Origin: Malacoraja senta
Taxonomy: Eukaryota
Reading direction: 5' to 3'
Length of the DNA: 63,842 nt
NCBI GenBank assembly: GCA_038087875.1
Contig: CM075990.1
Location: forward strand, 1,800,159 to 1,864,000
Below, in pieces: positions 11,123 to 21,384 of this stretch (within the stretch, counting starts at the first letter, position 1; each line of letters starts with the position of its first letter). Both the position numbers and the translations under genes were made by a program. The notes under the pieces are model-generated. The model made no database searches, was not told the DNA's origin, and saw only the letters and a list, made by a program, of their open reading frames with translations.

Positions 11123-12931
11123 GTTTCGCCGAACACTTCCGGTCGGTCCGCAATAACCAACCTGACATCCCGGGGCTCAGCACTTCAAGTCCCCCTCCCT
11201 TTCCGTATCCGACCTCTCTATACTGGTCTCCTCCATGGCCACAGCGAGCAACACCGGAAATTGGAGGAAATGCACCTCATATTCCGCTTGAGCAGTCTGC
11301 ATCCTGGTGGCATGAACATTAAATTCTCCCAATTGTGCTAGCCCTTGCTGTCTCCTCCCCTTCCTCAGCCCTCTGGTTGTCTCCTCCCATCCCTCAGCCC
11401 TCGGGCTCCTCCTCCGCCTTTTTCCTTTCTTCTCCCCACCCCCTATCAGTATGAAGAAGGGTTTCGGCCCGAAACGTTGCCTATTTCCTTCGCTCCATAG
11501 ATGCTGCTGCACCCGCTGAGTTTCTCCAGCATTTTTGTGTACCTGCACCTTAACTAGAGGTGGACCAACATCCAAGCGGGCAGTTTTGCTGATGCTACAC
11601 GGGAGTGTTTGAACTAGATTGGCAGGGGGTGGGATCTCGTACAGGACAGAGGCACGTGAGAGGTTTAAAGTTGCTATGGAGTGTGGTGTGGGGAAGGTTG
11701 GTGGACAGAATAGGCAGGTGAAAGACGAAGCGCAAGGAAGGAAGATTGGTTTAAACTGCACGTATTTAATGCAAGCGGCCTGATGAGGCAGATGAGCTTA
11801 GAGCATGGATAACTACAAGCAACTGGGACGTTGTAGCCATGACTGAAACTTGGTTAAGGGAGCGGCAGGACTGGCAGCTCAATGTTCCGAGGTACATGAG
11901 CTTCAGGAAAGACCGGAGTGAAGGAAAAAGAGGATGGGATGGGGGTTGCATTGTTGGTTAAAGACGCTGCCACTGCACTGATCAGCGGTGACATTACGGA
12001 CGGTCGTCCAGTGAGGCTATGTGGGTGGAGCTAGGGAACAAGATAGGGATAGTCACGTTGTTGGAAGTCTATTACAGACCCCCAAATATAGTCAATGGTA
12101 ATTAGAATAACAAATGTGCCAGGAGACAGCAGACAGCTGCAGGTCAAATAGTAGGGGATTTAAACTTTCTCAATATAAACTGGGTAAATCATACTGTGAA
12201 GGGTTTAAATGGGGTGCAATTCCTCAAAGGTGTCCAGGGGAGTTTCCTTAAGCAGTATGTGGAGGCCCCCACATGTGAGAGGGCAACGCTGGATCTAGTA
12301 TTCGGAAATTGGGAAGGGCAAGTTAATGAAGTGTTTGTGGAGGAGCCTTTTGGGACCAGTGACCACAGTTCGATTAGGTTTAAGATAGTTATGGATAGAG
12401 ATCGAGAGGGTCCACATGTTAAAATGCTCAACTGAGGTAAGGCCAACTTTGAGGGTATGAGACAAGGTCTCTCTCAAGTTGACTGGAGCAGGTTATTTGA
12501 GGGGAAAGGAACTTCCGCCAAGTGGGATGTTTTTAAAAGTGCGCTGACGAAAGCTCAGGATATGTATGTATCCGTTAGAGTGAAAGGCAAAGCTGGCAAA
12601 TGTAAGGAAGCTTGGCTGATGTGGGAAATTGACGCATTGGTCAAAGACAATAAGGATGCATGGAACAGGTTTAGGCAGCTTGGGTCAGGTGCATCCCTGG
12701 AGGAGTTGCGGGATGCACCTGACCCAGGAGATCAGAAGGGCAAACAGGGGCCAGGAGATAGCTCTGGCGGGTAGCATTAAGGACAATCCCAAAAGAGTTT
12801 ATAAATACATAAGGAGGAAAAGGATAACTAGAGAGAGAGTGGCACCTCTCAGGAATCAAAGTTGTTGATTCTGTATGGAGCCACAGGAGATGGGCAAGGT
12901 CCTCAATAAGTATTTCACCTCTGTATTTACC

Positions 12932-13367
12932 GAGCACGGTGGCGCAGCGGTAGAGTTGCTACCTTACAGCGAATGCAGCGCCGGAGTCCGGGTTCGATCC
13001 CGACTATGGGTGCTGTCTGTATGGTGTTTGTACGTTCTCCCGTGACCTGCGTGGGTTTTCACTGAGATCACTCCAAAGACGTACAGGTATGTATGTATGG
13101 GAGAAGGCAGGCACGGGTTATTGATAGGGGACGATCAGCCATGATCTCAATGAATGGCGGTGCTGCCTTGAAGGGCCGAATGGCTCCTCCTGCACCTATT
13201 TTCTATGTTTCTATGTTTTCTATGTTAATTGATTTGGTAAATGTAAAAAATGTCCCTAGTGCATGGCAGGATAGTGTTAATATGAGGGGATCACTGATCG
13301 GCCCGACCCGGTGGGCTGACGTGTCTGCTTCCGCGCTGTATCTCGAAACTAAACTAAACTAAACTAA
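12932..13367 (+). mobile_element. tRNA-derived SINE (HE1/V-SINE type) with a CR1 3' tail inserted at ~13095-13225
   Basis: A box TGGCGCAGCGG 12940-12950, B box GGTTCGATCC 12991-13000, V-domain-like core, (AAACT)n tail. Confidence 0.85.
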
Positions 13368-13929
13368 AGGAGAAAGACAGTAGGACGGAGGAACTTGGGG
13401 CAATCAATGGAAGTGGCTTGAGAGCAGTCAATGTTACTGTCGAAGAAGTACTGAAGGTACAATCGTGTATGAAGTTACATAAATCTCCAGGGCGAAGTTA
13501 CACAAATCTCCATTCCTGTGGATTGGAGGATTAGCTATTGCCCCACTTTTCAAGAAAGGAGCGAGAGAGAAAACGGGGAATTACAGACCAGTTAGCCTGA
13601 ATTTGGTGGTGGGAAAGATGCTGGAGTCAATTATTAAAGAGGTAATAATGGGGCATTTGGATAGCATTAAAAGGATTAGTCTAAGTCAGCATGGATTTAT
13701 GAAAGGAAAATCAAGCTTGACTAATCTTCTGGAATTTTTTGAAAATGTGACAAGTAAAATGGATGAAGGGGTGCCAGTGGATGTAGTGTATCTAGACTTT
13801 CAGAAAGCCTTTGATAAGGTCCCGCACTGGAGACTGGTGACTAAAATTAGAGCACATGGTATTGGGGATAGGGTGTTGACGTGGATAGAAAATTGGTTGG
13901 CAGACAGGAAGCAAAGAGTAGGAGTGAAC

Positions 13930-16900
13930 TGTAAAGACTGTCCAAACACATGGTGTCTTCACTCTAGTTTATTTCATACATTGTATTCGTATACACACAT
14001 ATTGCCCTAGCTGTTCGTGGTCCGTTACCGGAGCTAGAGAGCGAGCTAGGGGTGGGAAGGTTACATTTATACTGAAGCAAATGGGGAGTGGTTAGTAGAA
14101 GTGAGGTCACCATGTTAAAGGAACATGCACGGCTCTACATCCTTCCCCTTGAAAAGGGAAACATAGCAATGATGACAGTGAGACCACGACTCATACGCTA
14201 GGCACAAACCCGCGCGTACATCGTCAGGAAAAACTTAAAACATTCAAGCAAACTCCCCGTAACGTTCAGGCGGCTTGACCAGACGCCCGGAGCGGGTATG
14301 CAGCCCGCCTCCCCCCCCCCCCCTCCGAAGGTAGAGTGGGCACCGAAGGTAGAGTGGGCACCGGGGCAGGAGCGGCGATAGGTGAACCAAAAGGGGAGTG
14401 AGCAGGAGGGGGAGAACGAGGAGACCGGGGAGGAGACAAGGGCACCGCAACGGGCACGCGAGCGGGAGATGGCTGATGGGGGGGGCCAGGAGGAGCAGCG
14501 GGAGAACGGGGCGCCAAGGGTCGCGAGGGCAGAGCAGCGGGAGGCAACGAGGCGGCAACTGGGGGAGCAAAAGGGGCTGTGGGAGGCGGAGCGGGCTCGT
14601 TGACCAGCAGCAAATGCTGGCGGGACCGGCGGTAGATTGTGCCCTCGTAGTCAACCAGGTAAGAGCGCGGAGAGTCGGCAAAGCCGATGACAACAGCCAA
14701 GCGGTGGTGTCCGGAGGGGGGACTGCATCCGGACGACCTGGCCCTCGAAGAGGGGCTGAAGGGGACGGCATGACTTGTCGTGGGAGCGCTTCTGGACGAC
14801 CTGTTTCTGGGTAATACGCTTCTGGACAGCAGCAGGGCTGCGGACTGCGGGCTGGAAGCGACCGCTGGGAGACAGGGATTGGAGGGCGAGTGGTGCGGGA
14901 CATGAGCCGTTGAGCCGGTGAGCCCATGGCAGGGTCGCGACTAATATTTCGGAGATTCAGTAGAGCCAGATAAAAATCCGAATGCGAAAGTCTGCAATGT
15001 TCCAGCAGCTCCTTGGCACTGCGGACGGCGCGCTCAGCAAGGCCGTTGCTCTGCGGGTACTCCGGGCTGCTGGTGATGTGGCGAAAGTTGTAGGCGGCGG
15101 CGAATGCGCGGAACTCAGCACTCGTGAACTGCCCCCGTTGTCAGACGGCACAGTCACGGGAATGCCAAAGGTTGCAAAGAGGGGTTGCAACGTCCGATGA
15201 CCGCAGCAGAAGTGAGGGAGTGCAGACGCTTAATCTCGAACCAGCTGGAGTAAGAGTCGACCAGGACCAGGAAATGTTTGCCACGCCACTCAAATATGTC
15301 AGTAGCGACCGCCATCCAAGCCAGGGCGGGGGCAGGCTGTTGCAGGAGTGGCTGGCGTTGCTGGTGGGGAGAGAGGGGTATTGCAGGTGGAGCAGGCAGA
15401 GACCCTCTCCCAGATGTCCTGCAAAAGCCAGCGGTGCGCGGACAGCGTGTCAGCCACAAACATGTCCTTGCCCTTGCGGTACACGATTTGAAACGTGAAG
15501 CGTTGGAGTTGCAGCATCATACGCTGCAAACGGGAAGAGGCAACGTGGATCGGTTTGTTTAAGATCGTGACCAGCGGCTGGTGGTCGGTTTTGATAGTGA
15601 AGGTGTTACCTATAATGTAGTCCCTGAACTTCGAGCAGGCAAACACCACGGCAAGGAGCTCTTTCTCGATCTGAGCGTAGCGTTGCTCGGTTGGAGTCAT
15701 GGTGCGGGAGGCGTAGGAGACAGGTAGCTGCAGGCGGTCGTGGATCTGCAGGCAGGCGGCACCGAGACCGAAACTTGATGCATCGCAGGTAATGACGATA
15801 GGGCGCTTTAAGTCGAAGAACTTTAGAGTGGGAGCGCGAACCAGCCGGGATTTCAAGTCATCGAAGGCTGCCTGATGCAGCGGGTACCAAACCCAGGCAG
15901 TGTCCATCTTGGTCAGTTCCCTCAGGGGCGCACTCAGCTCGCTGAGGTCGGGAATAAATTTCCCCAGATAGTTCATCATGCCCAAGAAGCGTTGCAGGCT
16001 TGGCACGTTGACCGGAGCTGGCATCTCTGAGACCGCAGCTGTCTTCTGTGGGTCTGGTTTCAGACCCTCAGCCGTAAAAACGTGGCCCACGTAGGTGACC
16101 TCCGGGACGCGGAAACGGCACTTCTTGGGGTTCAGTTTGAGGTTGATTTCCCGAGCCCGATCCAGGACCAGACGGAGGTGGAGGTCGTGCTCAGCGACGT
16201 CCCTCCCGTACACCAAGATGTCATCAACGATGATAGCACATGGCAGACCTGCAAATAACTGCTCCATGGTGCGCTGGAAAACCTCGCTGGCAGAATTGAT
16301 CCCGAAAGGCATGCGGAGGAAACGGAACCTGCCGAAAGGTGTACCAAACGTGGTCAGTAAAGATGAACGTTCATCCAGCGGAATCTGCCAGAAAGAGTTC
16401 TTGGCATCGAGGACAGAGAATACAGTGGCCGGGCCAACCTTTGCAGCGACATCCTCCACCGTTCGCATGGGGTAGTGCGGGCGCTTGATGGCAAGGTTTA
16501 GGTCCTTGGGGTTGATACAGATCCGAATCTCACTCTTGTCCTTCTTGGAAGCAACGACCATGGTGGAGACACACCGGGTGGCATCACTCACCTCCTTGAT
16601 GATGCCCATGGCCACCATCTGGCGCAGAGTCGACTCCACCCTGTCCTTCATAGCAAAGGAGACGCGGTGAGGAGGGCGGACTACCGGGTGGACCTCCGGG
16701 TCCACCTCGATTTCGTACTTGCAGGGTAGTTTGCCCAATACTTCGTCAAAACGGTCGGGGTACTCGCACATGGGATCCATGGGGGTCTGCACCGGGTGGA
16801 TGTCGTGGTGGAAGGACACCAAACCGAGGTCCTGGCACGCACTGGCGCCCAACAGAGTAACATTCTCAGATTCCAGCAGGAGGAAAGAGAGGGGCCGAGA

Positions 16901-18327
16901 GGCCTTCAGAACTGAGCAGATAAGGGTGGCCTTGCCGACTGGGAATAGCATGCTCCCCCCATATGCACGGAGGCGGGAGTGATCAGCGGTAATGTTGTCA
17001 CCAGCTCTTATCTGTTGAAAAAGACTTAACGACATAATATTCGTAAACGCCCCCGTATCTACCTTAGCAGAGAAGGTCATCCCATTCGCAGTAACTCGAA
17101 CTGATGGATCAGCTATCAAAGCATGTGCACCCAGGACTGAAAAAACAAGCGATTCATCATGGGGGGAGCTGTTATCAGAATCAGGGAGTTCGACTGGAAG
17201 GTATTCGGAGTCATAAACACTGTCAGTAGCAGTCAGGTTGTGTAGACTCTTTCTCGGAGCAGGGACAGGCTGGCCCCTGGAACGGCACGCTGCGGAGAAG
17301 TGATTAAGCTTCTTACACAAATTACAAGTCTTACCCAGAGCAGGGCAAACATCAAATTGATGATTGACAAAGTTGCAGTTTGGGCATCGGCGAGGGTTGA
17401 CCCTTGCAGGCGCAGGGGTGCTATGCTGGCGTGGCGGGCCATCGCGCCGCGGGCGTCCAGCAGCACCGGCATAGTTAATGTCCTCAGCTTCAGGGGGAGA
17501 TACGGCGTCGACAGCAGCAGACAGGCGAGAGGCATGCAAAGCGTTGTTTAAAGTGAGGTCCGGCTTTCTCAGAAGCTCAGCCCGTAGCTTCACGTCCTGT
17601 AGACCGTGAACTAGGACATCTCTGATCAACTGATCGGGGGTCAACGTCTCCAGGTGGCAACGCCGGGCCAGGTGACGCAGCGATGCCACGAAGGTATCGA
17701 TGTGCTCCCCGGGTTTCTGGCGCCTGCTGAAAAACTTGAACCACTCTAGAATGGAGTTGGTGGGAATGTCACACAGCGCGGCAAATTTATTGATGAGACA
17801 CACGGGGTCCTCTGCATTCTCACCATCGGCGTACTCAAAAGATTCAGAACATTCCATGGCCTCCGGGCCAGCCAGGTTGAGGAGCAGATGTGCTGTAATC
17901 GCAGGGGTAATATTAGGATGAGCGATGGCGACATAGTGCTGGAAGTCGCGCCGGAAAATAGTCCACCGGTGGACGATGTCCGAATCAAACACCAGAACGT
18001 CAGGCTTTCGACACGAGGTGGCCATAGTACATAAATAGTTGGAAAGGAAAATAAACACTTGGAGAAAAGAAAACAAACCCGATGAACAGGAGACGCAGGG
18101 TTAACTTCTTGACACCATGTAAAGACTGTCCAAACACATGGTGTCTTCACTCTAGTTTATTTCATACATTGTATTCGTATACACACATATTGCCCTAGCT
18201 GTTCGTGGTCCGTTACCGGAGCTAGAGAGCGAGCTAGGGGTGGGAAGGTTACATTTATACTGAACCTAATGGGGAGTGGTTAGTAGAAGTGAGGTCACCA
18301 TGTTAAAGGAACATGCACGGCTCTACA
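13930..18327 (-). mobile_element. Young Gypsy (Mag-like) LTR retrotransposon, 4398 bp
   Basis: 210-bp TG..CA LTRs at 13930-14139 and 18118-18327 with 2 visible differences; TSD TGAAC (13925-13929, 18328-18332); tRNA-Leu-type PBS TGGTGTCA; PPT at 14140-14150. Confidence 0.96.
15299..18076 (-). CDS. Gypsy gag-pol (Gag with Cys/His knuckles, protease, RT, RNase H); integrase downstream is frameshifted
   Basis: 925-aa ORF: CNLCKKLNHFSAAC, VDTGA, MPFG..IVDDIL, CDAS..YAQIEKE..TDH; integrase pieces at 14244-15400 in other frames. Confidence 0.9.
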   Translation of the reverse strand: MFSFLQVFIFLSNYLCTMATSCRKPDVLVFDSDIVHRWTIFRRDFQHYVAIAHPNITPAITAHLLLNLAGPEAMECSESFEYADGENAEDPVCLINKFAALCDIPTNSILEWFKFFSRRQKPGEHIDTFVASLRHLARRCHLETLTPDQLIRDVLVHGLQDVKLRAELLRKPDLTLNNALHASRLSAAVDAVSPPEAEDINYAGAAGRPRRDGPPRQHSTPAPARVNPRRCPNCNFVNHQFDVCPALGKTCNLCKKLNHFSAACRSRGQPVPAPRKSLHNLTATDSVYDSEYLPVELPDSDNSSPHDESLVFSVLGAHALIADPSVRVTANGMTFSAKVDTGAFTNIMSLSLFQQIRAGDNITADHSRLRAYGGSMLFPVGKATLICSVLKASRPLSFLLLESENVTLLGASACQDLGLVSFHHDIHPVQTPMDPMCEYPDRFDEVLGKLPCKYEIEVDPEVHPVVRPPHRVSFAMKDRVESTLRQMVAMGIIKEVSDATRCVSTMVVASKKDKSEIRICINPKDLNLAIKRPHYPMRTVEDVAAKVGPATVFSVLDAKNSFWQIPLDERSSLLTTFGTPFGRFRFLRMPFGINSASEVFQRTMEQLFAGLPCAIIVDDILVYGRDVAEHDLHLRLVLDRAREINLKLNPKKCRFRVPEVTYVGHVFTAEGLKPDPQKTAAVSEMPAPVNVPSLQRFLGMMNYLGKFIPDLSELSAPLRELTKMDTAWVWYPLHQAAFDDLKSRLVRAPTLKFFDLKRPIVITCDASSFGLGAACLQIHDRLQLPVSYASRTMTPTEQRYAQIEKELLAVVFACSKFRDYIIGNTFTIKTDHQPLVTILNKPIHVASSRLQRMMLQLQRFTFQIVYRKGKDMFVADTLSAHRWLLQDIWERVSACSTCNTPLSPPATPATPATACPRPGLDGGRY

Positions 18328-19551
18328 TGAACGGGTCCCTTTCAGAATGGCAGGCAGTGACGAGTTGGGGCCGCAACTGTTTACCATATATATTAATGAT
18401 TTGTAAGAGAGAATTAGGAGCAACGCTAGCAGGTTTGCGGACCACACAATGCTGGGTAGCAGTGTAAACTGTGAAGAGGATGTTAGGAGGTTGCAGGGTG
18501 ACCTGGAAAGGTTGAGTGAGTGGGCAGATGCGTGGCAGATGCAGTATAATATAGATAAATGTGAGGTTATCCACTTTGGTGGCAAAAACAAGGGGGCAGA
18601 TTATTATCTCAATGGGGTTAGGTTAGGTAACGGGGAGGTACAGCGAGACCTGTGTGTCCTTATACACCGGTCACTGAAGGTTGGCGTGCAAATACAGCAG
18701 GCAGTGAAGAAAGCTAATGGAATGTTGGCCTTCATAACAAGAGGATTTCAGTATAGGAGTAGGGAGGTTCTTCTGCAGTTGTATAGGGCTCTGGTGAGAC
18801 CACATCTGGAGTATTGCGTACAGTTTTGGTCTCCTAATTTGAGGAAGGACATCCTTGTGATTGAGGCAGTGCAGCGTAGGTTCACGAGATTGATCCCTGT
18901 GATGGCGGGACTGTCATATGAGGAAAGATTGAAAAGACTAGGCTTGTATTCACTGGAGTTTAGAAGGATGAGGGGGATTCTTATAGAAACATATAAAATT
19001 ATAAAAGGACTGGACAAGCTAGATGCAGGAAAAATGTTCCCAATGTTGGGCGAGTCCAGAACCAGGGGGCCACAGTCTTAGAATAAAGGGGAGGCCATTT
19101 AAGACTGAGGTGAGAAAAAACTTTTTTACCCAGGGAGTTGTGAATTTATGGAATTCCCTGCCACAGAGGGCAGTGGAGGCCAAATCACTGGATGGATTTA
19201 AGAGAGAGTTAGATAGAGCTCTAGGGGCTAGTGGAATCAAGGGATATGAGGCGAAGGCAGGCACGGGTTATTGATTGGGGACGATCAGCCATGATCGCAA
19301 TGAATGGCGGTGCTGGCTCGAAGGGCCGAATGGCCTCCTCCTGCACCTATTTTCTATGTTTCTATGTGATCATATATATCCGAGGACTTTGCGGGAAATT
19401 AGAGAGGAAATTGTGGGGAGCCCTGGTTGAAATTTACGAGTCCTTCTTAAATACAAGAGAGGTGACGAAAGACTGGATGGTTGCAATTGTTGTGCCTTTT
19501 TTCAAGAAGGGCTGCAGAGAAAATGCTGGCGATAGGCCGGTGAGCTTAACA

Positions 19552-19607
19552 GCGACTTTGAGTCCTGAAAAGCGCTATATAAATAAAATGTATTATTATT
19601 ATTATTA
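19552..19607 (+). mobile_element. Extreme 3' tail of an L2-type LINE
   Basis: GCGACTTTGAG..GAAAAGCGCTATATAAATAAA..(TAT)n interrupts CR1 sequence GAGCTTAACATCTGTA, which is intact near 21983. Confidence 0.65.
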
Positions 19608-20244
19608 TCTGTAGTTGGAAAGTTACTAGAGAATATTGTGAGGGATAGGTTATACAGGCGTTTGGATGCGCAAGGGCTGATTAAGGATAGTCAGCATGGT
19701 TTTGTACGTGGGAGGTCGTGTCTCACAAATCTGATTGATTTTTTTGCAGACTTGACCAAAAGGTGGACCAGGGCTGAGCTGTAGATGTTCACCTTCGGCT
19801 TATTTCGTCACTCAATTTGATCGCGGCTGATCCCCACAGGCCTCAACATCACCTCCACACAAATCCCAAAAGCCCACATTTCTCTGATCATTGACGAACA
19901 TATCTACTTCTTATTGAAATGTCCCGGTGATGTGACCTTCAGAAACGTCTGGGGTAGAGAATGTCAGACAGTCACTGACTGCCGAGAGAAGTTGCTCGGG
20001 ACACTAATGTTAATGCCGCGTTAAATTTCTACAACTGCAACACAGGGATTGAAACTCACGTACGAAATATCTGAGAGTTCTCCGAAATGAGTATACTAAT
20101 GCATCTGCATCGCCAGTAACTTTGTTTTTTGAACAAATCAATTTGTCTGTATTCGCTTGAGAATAATTATCCCAATTGCGAAACACCAGCATACAAACAT
20201 TCATGGAATATTTAGTAGAACTGCAATATCAGTCGGTTTGCATG

Positions 20245-21141
20245 CTATTTACACAGCCGCCCGTTTATTGTGAATAGATATATCATTCCATTCTTCATTT
20301 CTTCCCTAAATTTCCTTTGTGTCAGTGTATAAATACACGTGTTGGTGCAGGTGCTGAGAAACCGGAACATGAACCCAAATTGTTGCAGGATATATACAGG
20401 GGTACTTAAAAATCGGTCTGTGTAAAAATAATTCTCCGCTTGCCAGTTCACAGAGTGTACTATATAGGGCATCCATAGCAAGATGAAATTGGCCGATAGA
20501 GCGAACAAGAACATCATTGACTTTCTCCGGTTCTCCACCTCCGGATCACTCTGATTGTCGCTGCTGTTCCGTAGACCCTGGCGGACTCTGTTTGCCACAA
20601 TAATATGCCTGATTGTTAAAGCATTAAAGAACAGAATGAAAGTTATTGGTAATAATGGTGTTGTGATACTGTCAAATATCTCGTATATTTTCCATATGGA
20701 TGCTGTAAAGTATTCAACTGTCTGGACGCAACGCCAAGGGACGTTGTCAATTATAACGTAAGGCTCCACGGTGAAGAAAAATGGAACGCACCTCACACAG
20801 CTCACCGTCGTCACTGCTACTATCACGACAGTCGCAGTTTTCTCGGTGCAATATTCTTTCCGTAACTTTTGACAGCAGATGGCGATGCCACGATCGGAAG
20901 TGAAAGCGACAGTAAAGCAAACGGAAGTCCATCGCGACCATCCTCAGAACATGTGTTAATGCGCAAATTGGAGTTATGAGCAGGAAGTGAGCAAAGTAAT
21001 AAATGTTATTTATCTGCTCCACTATAACAGAGATAACAACAACCATCAGATCTGCTGCCGCCATGGCCACCAGGTAGCGTGTGACGCATTTGGAGAGACC
21101 ACACTTTCCGCGGGATAGGATCACCATCGCTGTTAAGTTAA
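20245..21141 (-). pseudogene. Exon 2 of a GPR139/GPR142-like rhodopsin-class GPCR with a 2-bp frameshift at ~20925
   Basis: Acceptor cccacag at 21142; VNLTAMVILSRGKCGLSKCVTRYLVAMAAADL, SDR, DPEVENRRKS, FILLWMP, STCTNTCIY, FREE; seven-TM layout once the frame is corrected. Confidence 0.85.
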
Positions 21142-21384
21142 CTGTGGGTATGAAACATCCAGAGTCAATTGCAAAGATTTCCAAATTCCTCGATTAAATG
21201 TAATCAGCATTAGTAAAGATAACGCGCTTTGCTACGGTCGCCCATGGACCCAGGCTGTCTGCACGTTGACCCATTGGGTAATGACGTAAAGTCACAGACC
21301 GTTCGCTATGTCGGTGAGGGCTGGTAATGCCGCGCGGAGAGGAACACAGGATATGCGCACGGCGTGTCGTCGTACAGGTAAAGG

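Larger units (their letters stand above)
9768..11543 (+). mobile_element. 5'-truncated Penelope-like element (RT C-terminus, GIY-YIG endonuclease, 3' end)
   Basis: SQFLRLRRICS, NLIYCIRC...YIGETKR, GMN motifs; TSD TGCACC at 9762-9767 and 11544-11549; hammerhead-like motif 11447-11480. Confidence 0.9.
13510..19366 (+). mobile_element. CR1 LINE (RT and 3' UTR) split by a Gypsy element
   Basis: YLDFQKAFDKVPH and LVRPHLEYCVQFWSP motifs; (TTCTATGT)n tail. Confidence 0.9.
9160..19790 (+). mobile_element. Decayed CR1 LINE (ORF1 SGNH esterase, APE, start of RT) hosting several nested insertions
   Basis: ORF1 motifs DSIVR, CCLPGA, VHVGTN, DGLH; APE motifs TETWL, SDH; collinear pieces resume at 11544, 13368, 19367 and 19608. 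Confidence 0.85.

Noticed and set aside
12932..13010. tRNA gene (A and B boxes)
   Set aside because: It is the tRNA-derived head of a SINE, followed by SINE body and tail
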